From NCBI GenBank assembly GCA_964016885.1, contig OZ024751.1, positions 34,596,001-34,660,000 of the forward strand: a stretch of 64,000 nucleotides of DNA, written 5' to 3'. This document shows, in pieces, positions 1 through 11,682 of the stretch. The notes beneath the pieces were generated by a model that searched no databases, had not been told where the DNA came from, and saw nothing but the letters and a program-made list of their open reading frames with translations. The position numbers and the translations under genes are program-made. Source of the DNA: Eledone cirrhosa. Lineage: Eukaryota. The stretch's first letter is position 1. The number at the start of each line of letters is the position of its first letter.

Positions 1-98
1 TTCAGAGACTACATTTTACTATGAATGGAAGAAAGAATATATATTTATTACTAAAAGCAGAAACGTTAAATTCCATATATTTTTGTGCACTATATCGT

Positions 99-179
99 TA
101 CAAGATGATGCCACAGAAAAACTAGTTTGTACAAGATGTTACTACAGAAAAACTAGTTTGTACAAGATGCTGCCACAGA
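99..179. repeat. Short tandem repeat, about 31-bp unit, about 2.6 copies
   Basis: TACAAGATG(A/T/C)T..C.ACAGAAAAACTAGTTTG repeated in tandem. Confidence 0.8.
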
Positions 180-694
180 TAAATATATAGCTCATATAAT
201 TAACGTCTCTATTACTCATACAACACTTTCAACATTTGTCCCTCCCCAGCTTAATCAAATGAAGATGACAAAATATTGCTTGCAAGATTGTGTAAATTGT
301 ATTATGCTGTGAAGTAAATGCTGACAAAAAACTAGTCATGGACCCAGGGACGGTGAAATGTCAAATTGAAGAAAACCAATACAACAAAAAAAGAAGCTGT
401 ATGGTAGATAGAAGAAAGTAGTAAGAATATCTGAAGTTATTAAACAAATCTGTAGTGTCCTTTACAAAACCTGGAGAAGATGAATACTTATATTTTCCCT
501 ATTCCAGACAGGAACGATCTCACAGAAGGAATCCCTACCAATGCTTACATGGATAAACGAGATTAAACAGCTACACGAGTTCTCCAACTAAGCAGAGCCC
601 TAATTATATACGAACACCTCGGACGTGGCTCAAAATATTTAAAGAAAATGTTATAGAGATGGGAAGGTAAAGAAATGAAATACTCGTATATATA

Positions 695-1080
695 TAGATA
701 TAATGTCATCTTAAGATAGATATAAAGTAATCTTAAGATAGATATAATGTCATTTTAAGATAGATATAATTGTTTCTACTTTAGGCACAAGGCCAGCAAT
801 TACCCAGTACATTACTGGTACTTTATTTTATCGACCCCGTAAGGATGAAAGGCAAAGTTAACCTCGGCGGGATTTGAACTCAGACTGTAAAGGGACGTAA
901 CTATGCTAGAAAGCATGGCGTCCGACTCTCTACCGATACTGCCAATTCCCCGCCATTTTAAGATAGATATAATGTCATCTTAAGATAGATATAAAGTCAT
1001 CTTAAGATAGAAATAATATCATCTTAAGATAGATATAATGTCATCTTAAGATAGATATAAAGTCATCTTAAGATAGCATA
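695..1080. repeat. 22-bp minisatellite interrupted by a SINE
   Basis: Unit TAGATATAATGTCATCTTAAGA at 695-770 and 954-1080. Confidence 0.9.
771..953 (-). mobile_element. Full-length tRNA-headed SINE (family 1) with 20-bp TSD
   Basis: Reverse complement has A box TGGCAGTATCGG, B box GAGTTCAAATCC, central GCCTTTCATCCTTACGGGGTCGATAAAATAAAGTACC (resembles the Nin/Deu-type SINE domain) and tail GTAGAAACAATT; TSD CATTTTAAGATAGATATAAT at 751-770 and 954-973. Confidence 0.9.
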
Positions 1081-1489
1081 ATATCAGATATTCAATACCT
1101 TCCCCTTATTGAAAGGAAAGTGTGAAAACGCTATACTATCTATGGTACAAGACATTCCATCAATGACCATCTCGTCAGTTCTTTCCAGCTATCTCGTATC
1201 ACGGATTACATCACATAATACCATCTCTTATTTTAATCCTGTATAGAGATATAAGATTGGATGAGGGAGGTTCTACTATTAAGAGATTAGAACGTTGATA
1301 TCAAGGCTTCAAGTTGATGTCAGGTGTTCTCAGGTGTAATGTCATACACGGTTTCATTGTATGATATAATTGTATGAATTTCACGTGAAGACATATTAAG
1401 GTATGGAACAACCGCAACTAATACATAACACACACCCTCACCTCCTCTATAGCTGGAATAACATTAAGATGATGATGAGAGCTGGGATA

Positions 1490-1845
1490 TTGTTGTTAGT
1501 GGTGTTGGTTGTTGTTGGTGTTGGTGGTGGTGGTGGTGGTGGTGTTCGTTGTTGGTTGTTGTTGGTGGTATTGGGGTGTTGGAGGTGGTAGTGGCGGTGG
1601 TGGTGGTGGTAGTGGTGTTGGTGGTGTTGGTGATGATGATGGTGGTGGTGATGGTGGTGGCGGTGATGGTGGTGGTGATGGTGGTGGCGGTAGTGATGAT
1701 AGTGGTGATGGTGGTGGCGGTGTTGATGGTGGTGATGGTTGTGTTGATGGTGGTGGTGGTTGTGTTGATGGTGATGGTGATGGTGATGGTGATGGTGGTG
1801 GTGGTGCTGGGGTTGATGGTGGTGTCGGTGGTGGTGGTGGTGGTC
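1490..1845. repeat. Degenerate (GGT/GAT/GTT)n trinucleotide low-complexity tract
   Basis: Direct inspection; source of the poly-H/T/V/G ORFs. Confidence 0.9.
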
Positions 1846-2555
1846 ATGACGGAAGCTGCTGTAAGTAGAGCTTGGCTTCATGCCATGTGATAATAACAGT
1901 TTCCACAATAAAGCTGCCTGGTTATTAATTTATTAAAAGCTTCGCTAATGGCACCTGCAACAGCAAATCTCCCCGGACCGAGAGAAAGAAAAGAGAAAGT
2001 AGTTCAGATACACCTAATATGACATCATCAACACGTGGCTTTCAATAGAATTAAGCCACGCCTCTGATGATATCTCTCACACTCACAAAAAAATAACATT
2101 ACACTTTCAAACAAAATGTAAGGAACTCACACGAAAATGTGATACAAATATCAAATTAAAAGACTGGCAGAGGTTGTATTTGTCCAACTTTTACTGAGAA
2201 GAATATGTATGCTAGGACACCACCTGATGAAATGAATGGGTACAGGTGGCCTTCACATACCATATGTGTGTGTGTTTATAGTATATTTATATGTTTACAT
2301 ATTGAGGGTCCTTTACTGGTTGTAAGCCCACATTCAGGGAATTATGTAAGATTCTAAAAGGTGTGATGTGAGGCTGAACACCACCCCATCCACATTCCTA
2401 CATTTCTTCTTCGCCATCCTCACAATTCCTTCATCCTCCAGTAACTCGACTATGAAGGTCTTAAACTTAAGTCATTTGTTGTAGTTAGTGTTAAGTTTGG
2501 GATGTAATGAAGTGAAAGGAGGGAGAGAGGAGAGAGAAAGAAAGACGAGATAAGA

Positions 2556-2556
<1 letters not shown>

Positions 2557-2638
<82 letters not shown>

Positions 2639-2940
2639 GATAGTAATATCAGAATGGAGGTGAGATAATTCCCAGGAATAACTGACACAACAGCAACAAC
2701 AACAACAGTACCATTCTCACCACCACCATCATTGCCACCACCACCACTACCATCACCACTACCACTACTACCACCAATACCACTCCCCACCACCACCACC
2801 AACAACAACAACAACTTTACCACTACCACTACCACCGCCACCACCATCACCACTATCGCCGCCACCACCACCACTACCCCACTTTAGCCCCCCACCCCAC
2901 CACCACCAACACCATCACCACGACCACTCCCCCCACCATC
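2557..2940. repeat. (GA)n microsatellite followed by degenerate (CAC/CAA)n tract
   Basis: Direct inspection. Confidence 0.85.
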
Positions 2941-3261
2941 AGTCATGTGATGTTCTGTGTTATCTGTGATAAACGCCGACAGTTTTCAGTTTCTCTCATT
3001 TAAATGTGAGAAGTTACTGGTAGAGTGGTTACAGTAATTACTGTGATAAAGATAAGTAGCTTTGGTGTTGGTTGGTGAAGTAGAGATAGAGAGGGTGGGT
3101 AGGGTGGGGTGATGTGGTGGGTGACAGGGGGAGGAGGGATCTTTCTAATTCACCAATCTGTTCTCGGTGTATTATGAAACATCTTTGAATAATGTCATTT
3201 ATATAATGTATGCAGCAATCTCTTCATAGGTTTCGTTTCCCATATAAGGCGCAAACATGAC

Positions 3262-3301
<40 letters not shown>

Positions 3302-4197
3302 CCTGTGTGTGTGTGTGTGTGTGTGGTCCTGTAACTCCTGAGTGAGTCGTAGGGGAATAATATTGACATACGACGTTTCTAGGACCTGTTAACAACATAC
3401 ACAACAACACACACAACAACACACACAACAAAACACACAACGACACACACAACAACACACACATCAACACACACAACAACATACACAGCAACATGACACA
3501 AAACAAGATAAACAACAACAATTTACATGTAGAATTCCCAATTGGATGTCAATTATATTCCAAGGTGTGTTTGATTATTTGCTTTAACATAGAAATTGAC
3601 AAAATAATTAACTTTGTGACATGAAGGTAGGAATATAAAGAACTAATTATTGTAATTAAATTTCACTCATAAAATATTTTGGTTCAAGCTTTAATGTTTT
3701 GTATCTTTTTTTGTTGGATTTGATTTGTTGTGGTTTTTTTTTTTTTTTTTAGTCTAAAAGGAAAAAACAATACAAAATGTTTGTATATGGTTTTATCAAG
3801 TTAAGTTTGTCTGACACTCATGAACTGTTTACTTTATAGTACAATACATAAGTGTTAATACTTTTCCTTTTACTGTCTCGACAGCTAATTTATTGAGACA
3901 AAACTTGGTATGAGAACACAATTGAGAGAAGATAATTTGAAATTCGATTTTGTAAAGCTCATTGCAAAACGTTTCAATGTGAGTTGATTCTATAACAACA
4001 AACAGGATTTGAAAGTAACTGTGAAATACGTCGCTAGAAGATCACTAATTTACTAACGAATGTAGGTATGGAGGGACAAACAGCAACAGTACCAACCAGC
4101 CAATGTTTGTAGGTTTAGAGTGAATAGAATTTAAGTAGTGATTCCTAAAAATATGATTCTTCGTGGACTATGTATGTGTGCGTGTATATATATATAT

Positions 4198-4765
4198 ATA
4201 TTGTTATACTTTGGGAGGGTCATGTTGCCAATAAGAAACACACGCACCAGTTGCTTTCACTTCAATTTATTATAATAAATTTATAAATTTAGGAATTTAT
4301 AAATTTCCGGTTGGTTGGTTGGTTCCACAACCAGATGGTTGTTTATATATTGTCAAAGTTCTTTCGTCACACATTCTGTGACCTCTTCAGTGACTGGGGA
4401 TTCTTTTCTTTGTTTTTGTGCCTCTCCTTTGTTCTGTCCTGGTTTTGTGTGTGTTGTCACACACACAAAAACAAGATGGCGTAGGACAGAACAAAGGAGA
4501 GGCACAAAAACAAAGAAAAGAATCCCCTGTCACTGAAGAGGTCACAGAATGTGTGACGAAAGAACTTTGACAATATATAAACAATCATCTGGTTGTGGAA
4601 CCAACCAACCAACCGGAAATTTATAAATTTATTATAATAAATTGAAGTGAAAGCAACTGGTGCGTGTGTTTCTTATTGGCAACATGACCCTCCCAAAGTA
4701 TAACAATATCGGTTTCAACACACCTTTTCAGCTAAAGAATCTTGCTAAACAAATTCAGAAACGAA
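4198..4765 (+). mobile_element. Fold-back Penelope-like pseudo-LTR relic A with hammerhead
   Basis: Near-perfect inverted arms 4198-4440 / 4483-4709, unpaired tail 4710-4765, (TA)n on both sides, hammerhead core in each arm. Confidence 0.8.
4528..4572 (+). ncRNA. Minimal type I hammerhead ribozyme motif (mirror copy on minus strand at 4351-4394)
   Basis: tgtca-CTGAAGA-g-gtcaca-gaatg-tgtgac-GAAA-gaac-TT-tgaca: stem I tgtca/tgaca, 6-bp stem II, minimal stem III. Confidence 0.8.
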
Positions 4766-4782
4766 ATATATATATATATATA

Positions 4783-5058
4783 CTTATGTAATAAACAACA
4801 TACAGATAATTATTTCATTTACCAAAGGTTTCACGAACACAAACGTCTGACTTCGGTCGTCAGAATGAAAATTAAAATGGATGACATCCATTTAAAATAA
4901 ATGTTCATAAATTTTCAGACGTCTATGTCAGGCTCGTCTGTCTTCGTGAAACCTTTGGTAAATGAAATAATTATCTTATGTTGTTTATTACATAACTAAA
5001 AATCTCTGTAGCCTACATAGAGCACTCTCTTTTTCTTTACCTTTCCAACAGAAACACT
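4783..5058 (+). mobile_element. Fold-back Penelope-like relic B
   Basis: Inverted arms about 4784-4850 / 4927-4995 (TTATGTAATAAACAACAT...CCAAAGGTTTCACGAA and its reverse complement), tail 4996-5058, (TA)n flanks. Confidence 0.75.
4813..4870 (-). ncRNA. Type I hammerhead ribozyme motif
   Basis: Reverse complement: tttcatt-CTGACGA-c-cgaa...ttcg-t-GAAA-cctttgg-TA-aatgaaa; 7-bp stem I, stem III Acc/ggT. Confidence 0.8.
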
Positions 5059-5072
5059 TATATATATATATA

Positions 5073-5304
5073 GTAATAATAATAAATGTTAAGACTAAAA
5101 TCCAAAGAGGGCTCGATAAGGATAAATATATATCAAATATATAAGAAACGTAGAGCAAATATTTATTAAAAAATAACAGATTAAAGTTTAAGCAAAGAAT
5201 CACTGCTTTCCCCCTTAATGGGATCTTCTGAAACTTTGGAAGATCCCATTAAGGGTGAAAGCAGCGATTCTTTGCTTAAACTTTAATCTGTTATTTTAAT
5301 GAAA
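5073..5304 (-). mobile_element. Fold-back Penelope-like relic C (truncated inside a hammerhead-like core)
   Basis: Arms 5165-5228 / 5239-5300, tail 5073-5164, (TA)n flanks; arm starts GAAGA-tccc-attaa-gggt-GAAA; second copy at 17520-17671. Confidence 0.7.
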
Positions 5305-5320
5305 ATATATATATATATAA

Positions 5321-5432
5321 GTTGTAATAGAATGAAACGAAATTTCATTTCTCACTCTTAGTACGGCACTTACTTAAATGTAAGTATGTATGTATACGTA
5401 CATACATACATGTATACAGACGTACAGTAGCA

Positions 5433-5468
<36 letters not shown>

Positions 5469-5795
5469 CAGGTACACACATATATATATGTACGTATCAG
5501 TTTAGCGGACGTTTATTATAACGCCCGCTTTGTCCGTTTGTAAACAAACGGACAGCCTGATTTATGCCGTACGGTGTTAAGGCAACCACGTCACCTTTTT
5601 GTTCAACACTGACACAGGAACGATGTACTAGTTTCAAGCTTCTTAGCTATCATCAGCACCGTATACCCTTCTGCCAGTGGTTGCCTTAACACCGTACGGC
5701 ATAAATCAGGCTGTCCGTTTGTTTACAAACGGACAAAGCGGGCGTTATAATAAACGTCCGCTAAACTGATACGTACATATATATATGTGTACCTG

Positions 5796-5843
<48 letters not shown>

Positions 5844-5898
5844 TGCTACTGTACGTCTGTATACATATATGTATGTACGTATACATACATACTTACAT
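5321..5898 (-). mobile_element. Fold-back Penelope-like relic D with hammerhead in the loop
   Basis: Arms 5378-5589 / 5677-5898, 87-nt spacer holding the hammerhead, tail 5321-5377 (tail also seen at 48223-48258), (TA)n flanks. Confidence 0.8.
5620..5662 (-). ncRNA. Canonical minimal hammerhead ribozyme motif with palindromic stem III
   Basis: Reverse complement: acggtg-CTGATGA-t-agct-aaga-agct-t-GAAA-ctag-TA-catcgt; all core residues intact, stem III ACTAGT self-complementary. Confidence 0.88.
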
Positions 5899-6080
5899 AT
5901 ATATATATGTGTGTATGAATGAAGTAATTCCGTCGGAAAAAAAATATATATATATTTGAACATACATTCTCACGCACATATATATGTGTGTGCGTGTGTG
6001 TATGTAGAAAATATCCATAGATGTGAATAGGAAAAAGGAAAACAGTTCTCAATCGGGAAGACAGTTGATACGATATGTTA

Positions 6081-6213
6081 TTTATATTCATACACGGAAT
6101 AAAAGTGCCTGAAGATTAGGTCAAAATGTTGATCCCTCTTCAAATCTGGAGATATTGTCAATATTGGGTCTTGAAACCTCAGACAGCGCTTTTGTCCCGT
6201 GTGTGAACATGAA
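6081..6213 (+). ncRNA. Decayed hammerhead-like motif with very long stem I
   Basis: About 28-bp imperfect stem TTTATATTCATACACGGAATAAAAGTGC / GCGCTTTTGTCCCGTGTGTGAACATGAA closing CTGAAGA (6109-6115), extended stem II and GAAAC (6173); cleavage triplet degenerate; (TA)n follows. Confidence 0.6.
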
Positions 6214-6254
6214 TAAATAATATAATATTATATATATATATATATCTATATATA

Positions 6255-6347
<93 letters not shown>

Positions 6348-6983
6348 GCGTGCGTGTGCGTGTGCGTGTGTGTGTGTGTGTGTGCGCGTGTGTGTGTGTG
6401 TATCCGCATAAATTCTTAATTTCAAACTTATTTTTAGTACTGTGTAATTCATATTTAAAAAAGAAAATTCTAATTATACATTGAGCCGTTAAGTTGTATA
6501 TTTCGTTGAGAGGTGTTTAGCCGTGCTCTGTGAGCTTTAGTGAACCTTCCCCGTCTACATACTGACACACACACAAACACACACATAATATCACATACAA
6601 CCTGACACACATCGACACGCACAGACATATATTAAGATAAACACACAAATGCACACGCATACACTCACACATGTACATGCATACACATACAGATAAAGGC
6701 AAATAGCCGACACACACATACAGGCACACATATATTAACATACATCAGGAATAACATGTTGCCGGTTTCATATCATACTATATATCTTGTTTTATTAAAT
6801 AACTGTCATTATCTCATCGATTTTCCAATTTATATTTCACATTTGTCTTAATTGTTTATAATCTTACTATAAGAATCATAAGAAGCACTCTCTCTCTCTC
6901 TCTCTCCCTCTCTCTCTCTCTTTCACACACACACACTCACACACGCATCCTCATGAGGACATTAACGTGCACACATACACATA

Positions 6984-7021
<38 letters not shown>

Positions 7022-7390
7022 CTTATGTGGATATACTTAAACACAGATATACATATGTACATACATGTATATGTGTTTATACATTAAATAGTCAAAATTA
7101 TGACACATTCATATTGGCATGCACTCCCATACATACACACACATAAACGCACACACATTTATATATATATGTATGTATGTATACATATATACACACACAC
7201 ACACACATATATATGTATGTATACATATATACACACACACACATATATATATATGTATGTATACATATATACACACACACATATATATATATATATATAT
7301 GTATACATATATACACACACACACATATATATATATTTATATATGTATACATATATACACACACATATATATATATATGTATACATATAT

Positions 7391-7424
<34 letters not shown>

Positions 7425-7425
7425 G

Positions 7426-7456
<31 letters not shown>

Positions 7457-7795
7457 ATACATACATGCATGTATGCGGTCCTATACGCGAATGTGTTTCA
7501 CACAGAATATACTGTACAGCAGTAGAGTGTAGTTTCATTGAAATGCACAGTATCACATTAACCAATAATTTATGTCCTTATTAAATTTAATAGACACAAA
7601 TACAGAGTACACTAGTGTTAAATTGTCATTTAATTGACGTTAAGGAGTCAGGGGAAGAGGAAAACAAAATCATTAAATGTAATATTAATTTTCTGTTGAT
7701 CTTTGTTGAATATCTTACGGAATTTTAAACGTGTAATTTGAAAAGTGCTGTCGAAATATTTTACGCAATAATTTTAGTAATGTCGTGCGGTAATA

Positions 7796-9002
7796 TAGAG
7801 AGTAAGACTTTGGTAGAATAGAGAGTGCAGATGTGGGAGTGGTGAGGGTGTAAAGAGTAAGACTTTGGTAGAATAGAGAGTGAAGATGTGGGAGTGGTGA
7901 GGGTGTAGAGAGTAGGACTTTGGTAGAATAGAGAGTGCAGATGTGGGAGTGGTGAGAGTGTAGAGAGTAGGACCTTGGTAGAATAGAGAGTGCAGATGTG
8001 GGAGTGGTGGGGGTGTAGAGAGTAGGACTTTAGTAGAATAGAGAGTGCAGATGTGGGAGTGGTGAGGGTGTAGAGAGTAAGACTTTGGTAGAATAGAGAG
8101 TGCAGATGTGGGAGTGGTGAGAGTGTAGAGAGTAGGACTTTAGTAGAATAGAGAGTGCAGATGTGGGAGTGGTGAGGGTGTAGAGAGTAAGACTTTGGTA
8201 GAATAGAGAGTGCAGATGTGGGAGTGGTGAGGGTGTAAAGAGTAGGACTTTGGTAGAATAGATAGTACAGATGTGGGAGTGGTGGGGGTGTAGAGAGTAT
8301 GACTTTGGTAGAATAGAGAGTGCAGATGTGGGAGTGGTGAGGGTGTAGAGAGTAGGACTTTGGTAGAATAGAGAGTGCAGATGTGGGAGTGGTGGGGGTG
8401 TAAAGAGTAGGACTTTGGTAGAATAGAGTAGAGATGTGGGAGTGGTGAGGGTAGAGAGAGTAGGAATTTGGTAGAATAGAGAGTGCAGATGTGGGAGTGG
8501 TCAGGGTGTAGAGAGTAGGACTTTGGTAGAATAGAGAGTGCAGATGTGGGAGTGGTGAGGGTGAAGAGAGTATGACTTTGGTAGAATAGAGAGTGCAGAT
8601 GTGGGAGTGGTGAGGGTGTAGAGAGTATGACTTTGGTAGAATAGAGAGTGCAGATGTGGGAGTGGTGAGGGTGAAGAGAGTAGGACTTTGGTAGAATAGA
8701 GAGTGCAGATGTGGGAGTGGTGGGGGTGTAAAGAGTAGGACTTTGGTAGAATAGAGTAGAGATGTGGGAGTGGTGAGGGTAGAGAGAGTAGGAATTTGGT
8801 AGAATAGAAAGTGCAGATGTGGGAGTGGTGAGGGTGTAGAGAGTATGACTTTGGTAGAATAGAGAGTGCAGATGTGGGAGTGGTGAGGGTAGAGAGTAGG
8901 ACTTTGGTAGAATAGAAAGTGCAGGTGTGGGAGTGGTGGGGGTGTAGAGAGTAGGACTTTAGTAGAATAGAGAGTGCAGATGTGGGAGTGGTGAGGGTGT
9001 AG
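7796..9002. repeat. 55-bp purine-rich minisatellite, about 22 copies
   Basis: Unit TAGAGAGTAGGACTTTGGTAGAATAGAGAGTGCAGATGTGGGAGTGGTGAGGGTG; period 55 (7796 to 7851). Confidence 0.95.
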
Positions 9003-9831
9003 CTATGTTAGTATAGAAAGTAGAATTATAATAGTATAAAGGGTATAGCTATAGTGTTGTAGAGAGTATAGTTATAGTAGTATGGTGAGTATACCCATGT
9101 TAATATAGAGAGTATGGCGATAGCTATCACTTATCAGGCGATGACTGTGCATGAAGATTTTTTTAAGTGAGGAAAGGCTTTACCCAGGGCCAATCCCATT
9201 CTCTGAACATCGAATATTAAAGGACTGGTTTACATCATTGGATGCAATCGAAGTCGCAGCTTTTATATCAGAGTGACCTTCTCCTAGAGAGATGTCTTAA
9301 TGAAGACATACATATATACAAACATACATATATACACACATACAAACATACATATATACATATATACAAACATACATACATACATTTATACAAACATACA
9401 AACATACATACAAACATACATACATGCAAACATACATACATATATGAGTACATGTGTTTTGACTCTTGTGAGTCGGTATGAAATTATATAATCTCTGCCA
9501 GTGTGTATAAGTATGGGTATCCATCGGTATGTATGTGTTTAGAGTGTGTAATATTTTCACTATACATATTTAAGATAATCTCGGAAATATATTCCTGTAG
9601 TGATACAGCACAATCGAAGTTAATAAAATTCAGGAAAAAATAAAATTTAACCATTTCCAAGACATCTAATGATTGCAATAAAATATTTATTCGTCTGCAA
9701 AATTCTTTATCGAAAGAATTCTCAGAAAACGTTATTTTATTTCAGTATTTTGGTTTGTTTATATATATATACATACACACACACACACATATGTATATAT
9801 ATATACACACATACACACACACCACACACAC

Positions 9832-9864
<33 letters not shown>

Positions 9865-9889
9865 TATATAAATATACAGACACACACAT

Positions 9890-9931
<42 letters not shown>

Positions 9932-9975
9932 CTGTATATATACAACATATATATATATATATGTGTGTGTGTGTG

Positions 9976-10023
<48 letters not shown>

Positions 10024-10026
10024 CAG

Positions 10027-10057
<31 letters not shown>

Positions 10058-10201
10058 CACACATAGCTGTTTGCTAAATAAGCAGTGTGTATCTATGCTA
10101 TGTATCACGAGTGATTGTAGCAATCTCATTTTTAATATACAATATCAACGTCAGCTGGAACAATGGTGGTGGTGGAGGTGAAGTGGTGGGGGGAGTAAGG
10201 A

Positions 10202-10311
10202 AAGAAGAAGAAGAAGAAGAAGAAGAAGAAGAAGAAGAAGAAGAAGAAGAAGAAGAAGAAGAAGAAGAAGAAGAAGAAGAAGAAGAAGAAGAAGAAGAAG
10301 AAGAAGAAGAA
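10202..10311. repeat. Pure (GAA)n, about 36 units
   Basis: Direct inspection. Confidence 0.95.
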
Positions 10312-10427
10312 AGGGATTGTCGAAGAGTTTTAATGCTAATTTCTGTCATAATAGTAGTCATACAGTCAAAGACGCTCTGTCATAATAGTGGTCATACAGT
10401 CAAAGACGCTCCAGCCGTAACCATCCC

Positions 10428-10574
10428 GGGTCGGACGCCATGCTTTGCAGTACAGAGTTACGCCCCTTTATGATCTGAACTAAAATCCCGCCTTTCATAT
10501 TTACAGGGTCGATAAAGTACCAGTAATACACTGGGATAATTGCTGGCCTTGTGCCAAAAGTAGAAACAATTATT
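10428..10574 (+). mobile_element. 5'-truncated, internally deleted SINE family 1 copy
   Basis: GGGTCGGACGCCATGCTTT...GGGTCGATAAAGTACCAGTAATACACTGGGATAATTGCTGGCCTTGTGCCAAAAGTAGAAACAATTATT matches the copy at 51517. Confidence 0.85.
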
Positions 10575-10644
10575 TACTTTATCCATCCAACTGGCTTTGG
10601 GATCGATCCGACTGCAATTTCTAGCAACTCAAACGACCAGGTGC

Positions 10645-10925
10645 AGACTCTATCGTTGGTTTACCTAACAATTGATAGATTATCCACTTGTTTCATCAAC
10701 TGAACAGCTTTCACATGAAATTAACGAGCAAGTGGTTGAGTATTCCACAGTCACGTCTACCCATAACCTGGCCGTGAGAGTAATTCAGCGTGACACAAGT
10801 CCGGCTTATTTTGAATCGCAAGTACAACTCATTCTTGTCAACTGAGTTGAATGAAGCGACGTGAAATAAAGTGTCTTGCTCAAGGACACACTGCTGGAAA
10901 AAAAATGAACCCGAACCAAATACTT
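10645..10925 (-). mobile_element. Diverged SINE family 2 copy
   Basis: Reverse complement GTGTCCTTGAGCAAGACACTTTATTTCACG...AATGAGTTGTAC..., colinear with the copy at 42809-43121. Confidence 0.7.
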
Positions 10926-11532
10926 TAACAATTAAGATATGAACCGTCATAGAATCAGTTTGAATATTATAGATTCTTGATTTCCCAGTAGAGACCAGAA
11001 TATCTGAACGGAATTATTTGGTAGTGGAAGTGGGTGAATGAGGTGAAGTAACAGGAGGAATATTAGGAAGGAAGGGTTAGACAGTTTGAAGTCTACGCTA
11101 ATTAAGATTTGCTTATTATTACACTTATCTTTCCTAATTACTGCGACTTATCGTTGCTAATTAGTGTGAATTTTCAACAGTATCAAAACTGTTAAAAGTA
11201 TTTTAAGTGTGACACTTTGTTAGAGAGAAATAGAACAATCAGAAACACATAATCTTTATTGATTGGCTTCGTTTTATATGACTGGTTGTTGTTGTGTAGT
11301 GGTTGTTGTTGGTGTGGTTGTTGTTGTTGTTGGTATTGTTGTTGTGGTGGTTGCTAGTGTTGTTTCGTAGTAACGTCTGGTGAGTTCGTAGCGATGCCGC
11401 CGTGTCGTTGGGTATCTTGGGCATTTGAAACGTGAAGGACCCCATTACTATTCCAGGTCTGAACGGCCCATCCCTTTCAGAAAAGGAAACAAAATGAAGT
11501 GGGGTGAGAAAGGGCTATAGAGAAAGAATATA

Positions 11533-11682
11533 CCCCAATACTGGACTGGTAAGTCTTTTATCGACTTGAAAGGGATGAAAGGCAAAGTTAACCATGGCGG
11601 GATTTAAACGCAGTGAGCAGAAAGCTGGTACTAGTACTCTAAAGAATGATACCCAACGTTCTAACGATTGCCAATTCAGCGC
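11533..11682 (-). mobile_element. Old SINE family 1-related copy
   Basis: TTTATCGAC...GGATGAAAGGCAAAGTTAACCATGGCGGGATTTAAAC...CTAACGATTGCCAATTCAGCGC. Confidence 0.7.

Noticed and set aside
330-660. Possible decayed LINE coding sequence
   Set aside because: A-rich, but I could not read any diagnostic RT or endonuclease motif
1403-1908. His-, Thr-, Val- and Gly-rich ORFs (also 33856-34692, 47647-48054, 58836-59238)
   Set aside because: Overlapping ORFs on both strands arise from degenerate trinucleotide repeats; no domain or splice support
4315-4584. Two near-identical ORFs on opposite strands
   Set aside because: Consequence of the palindrome of relic A
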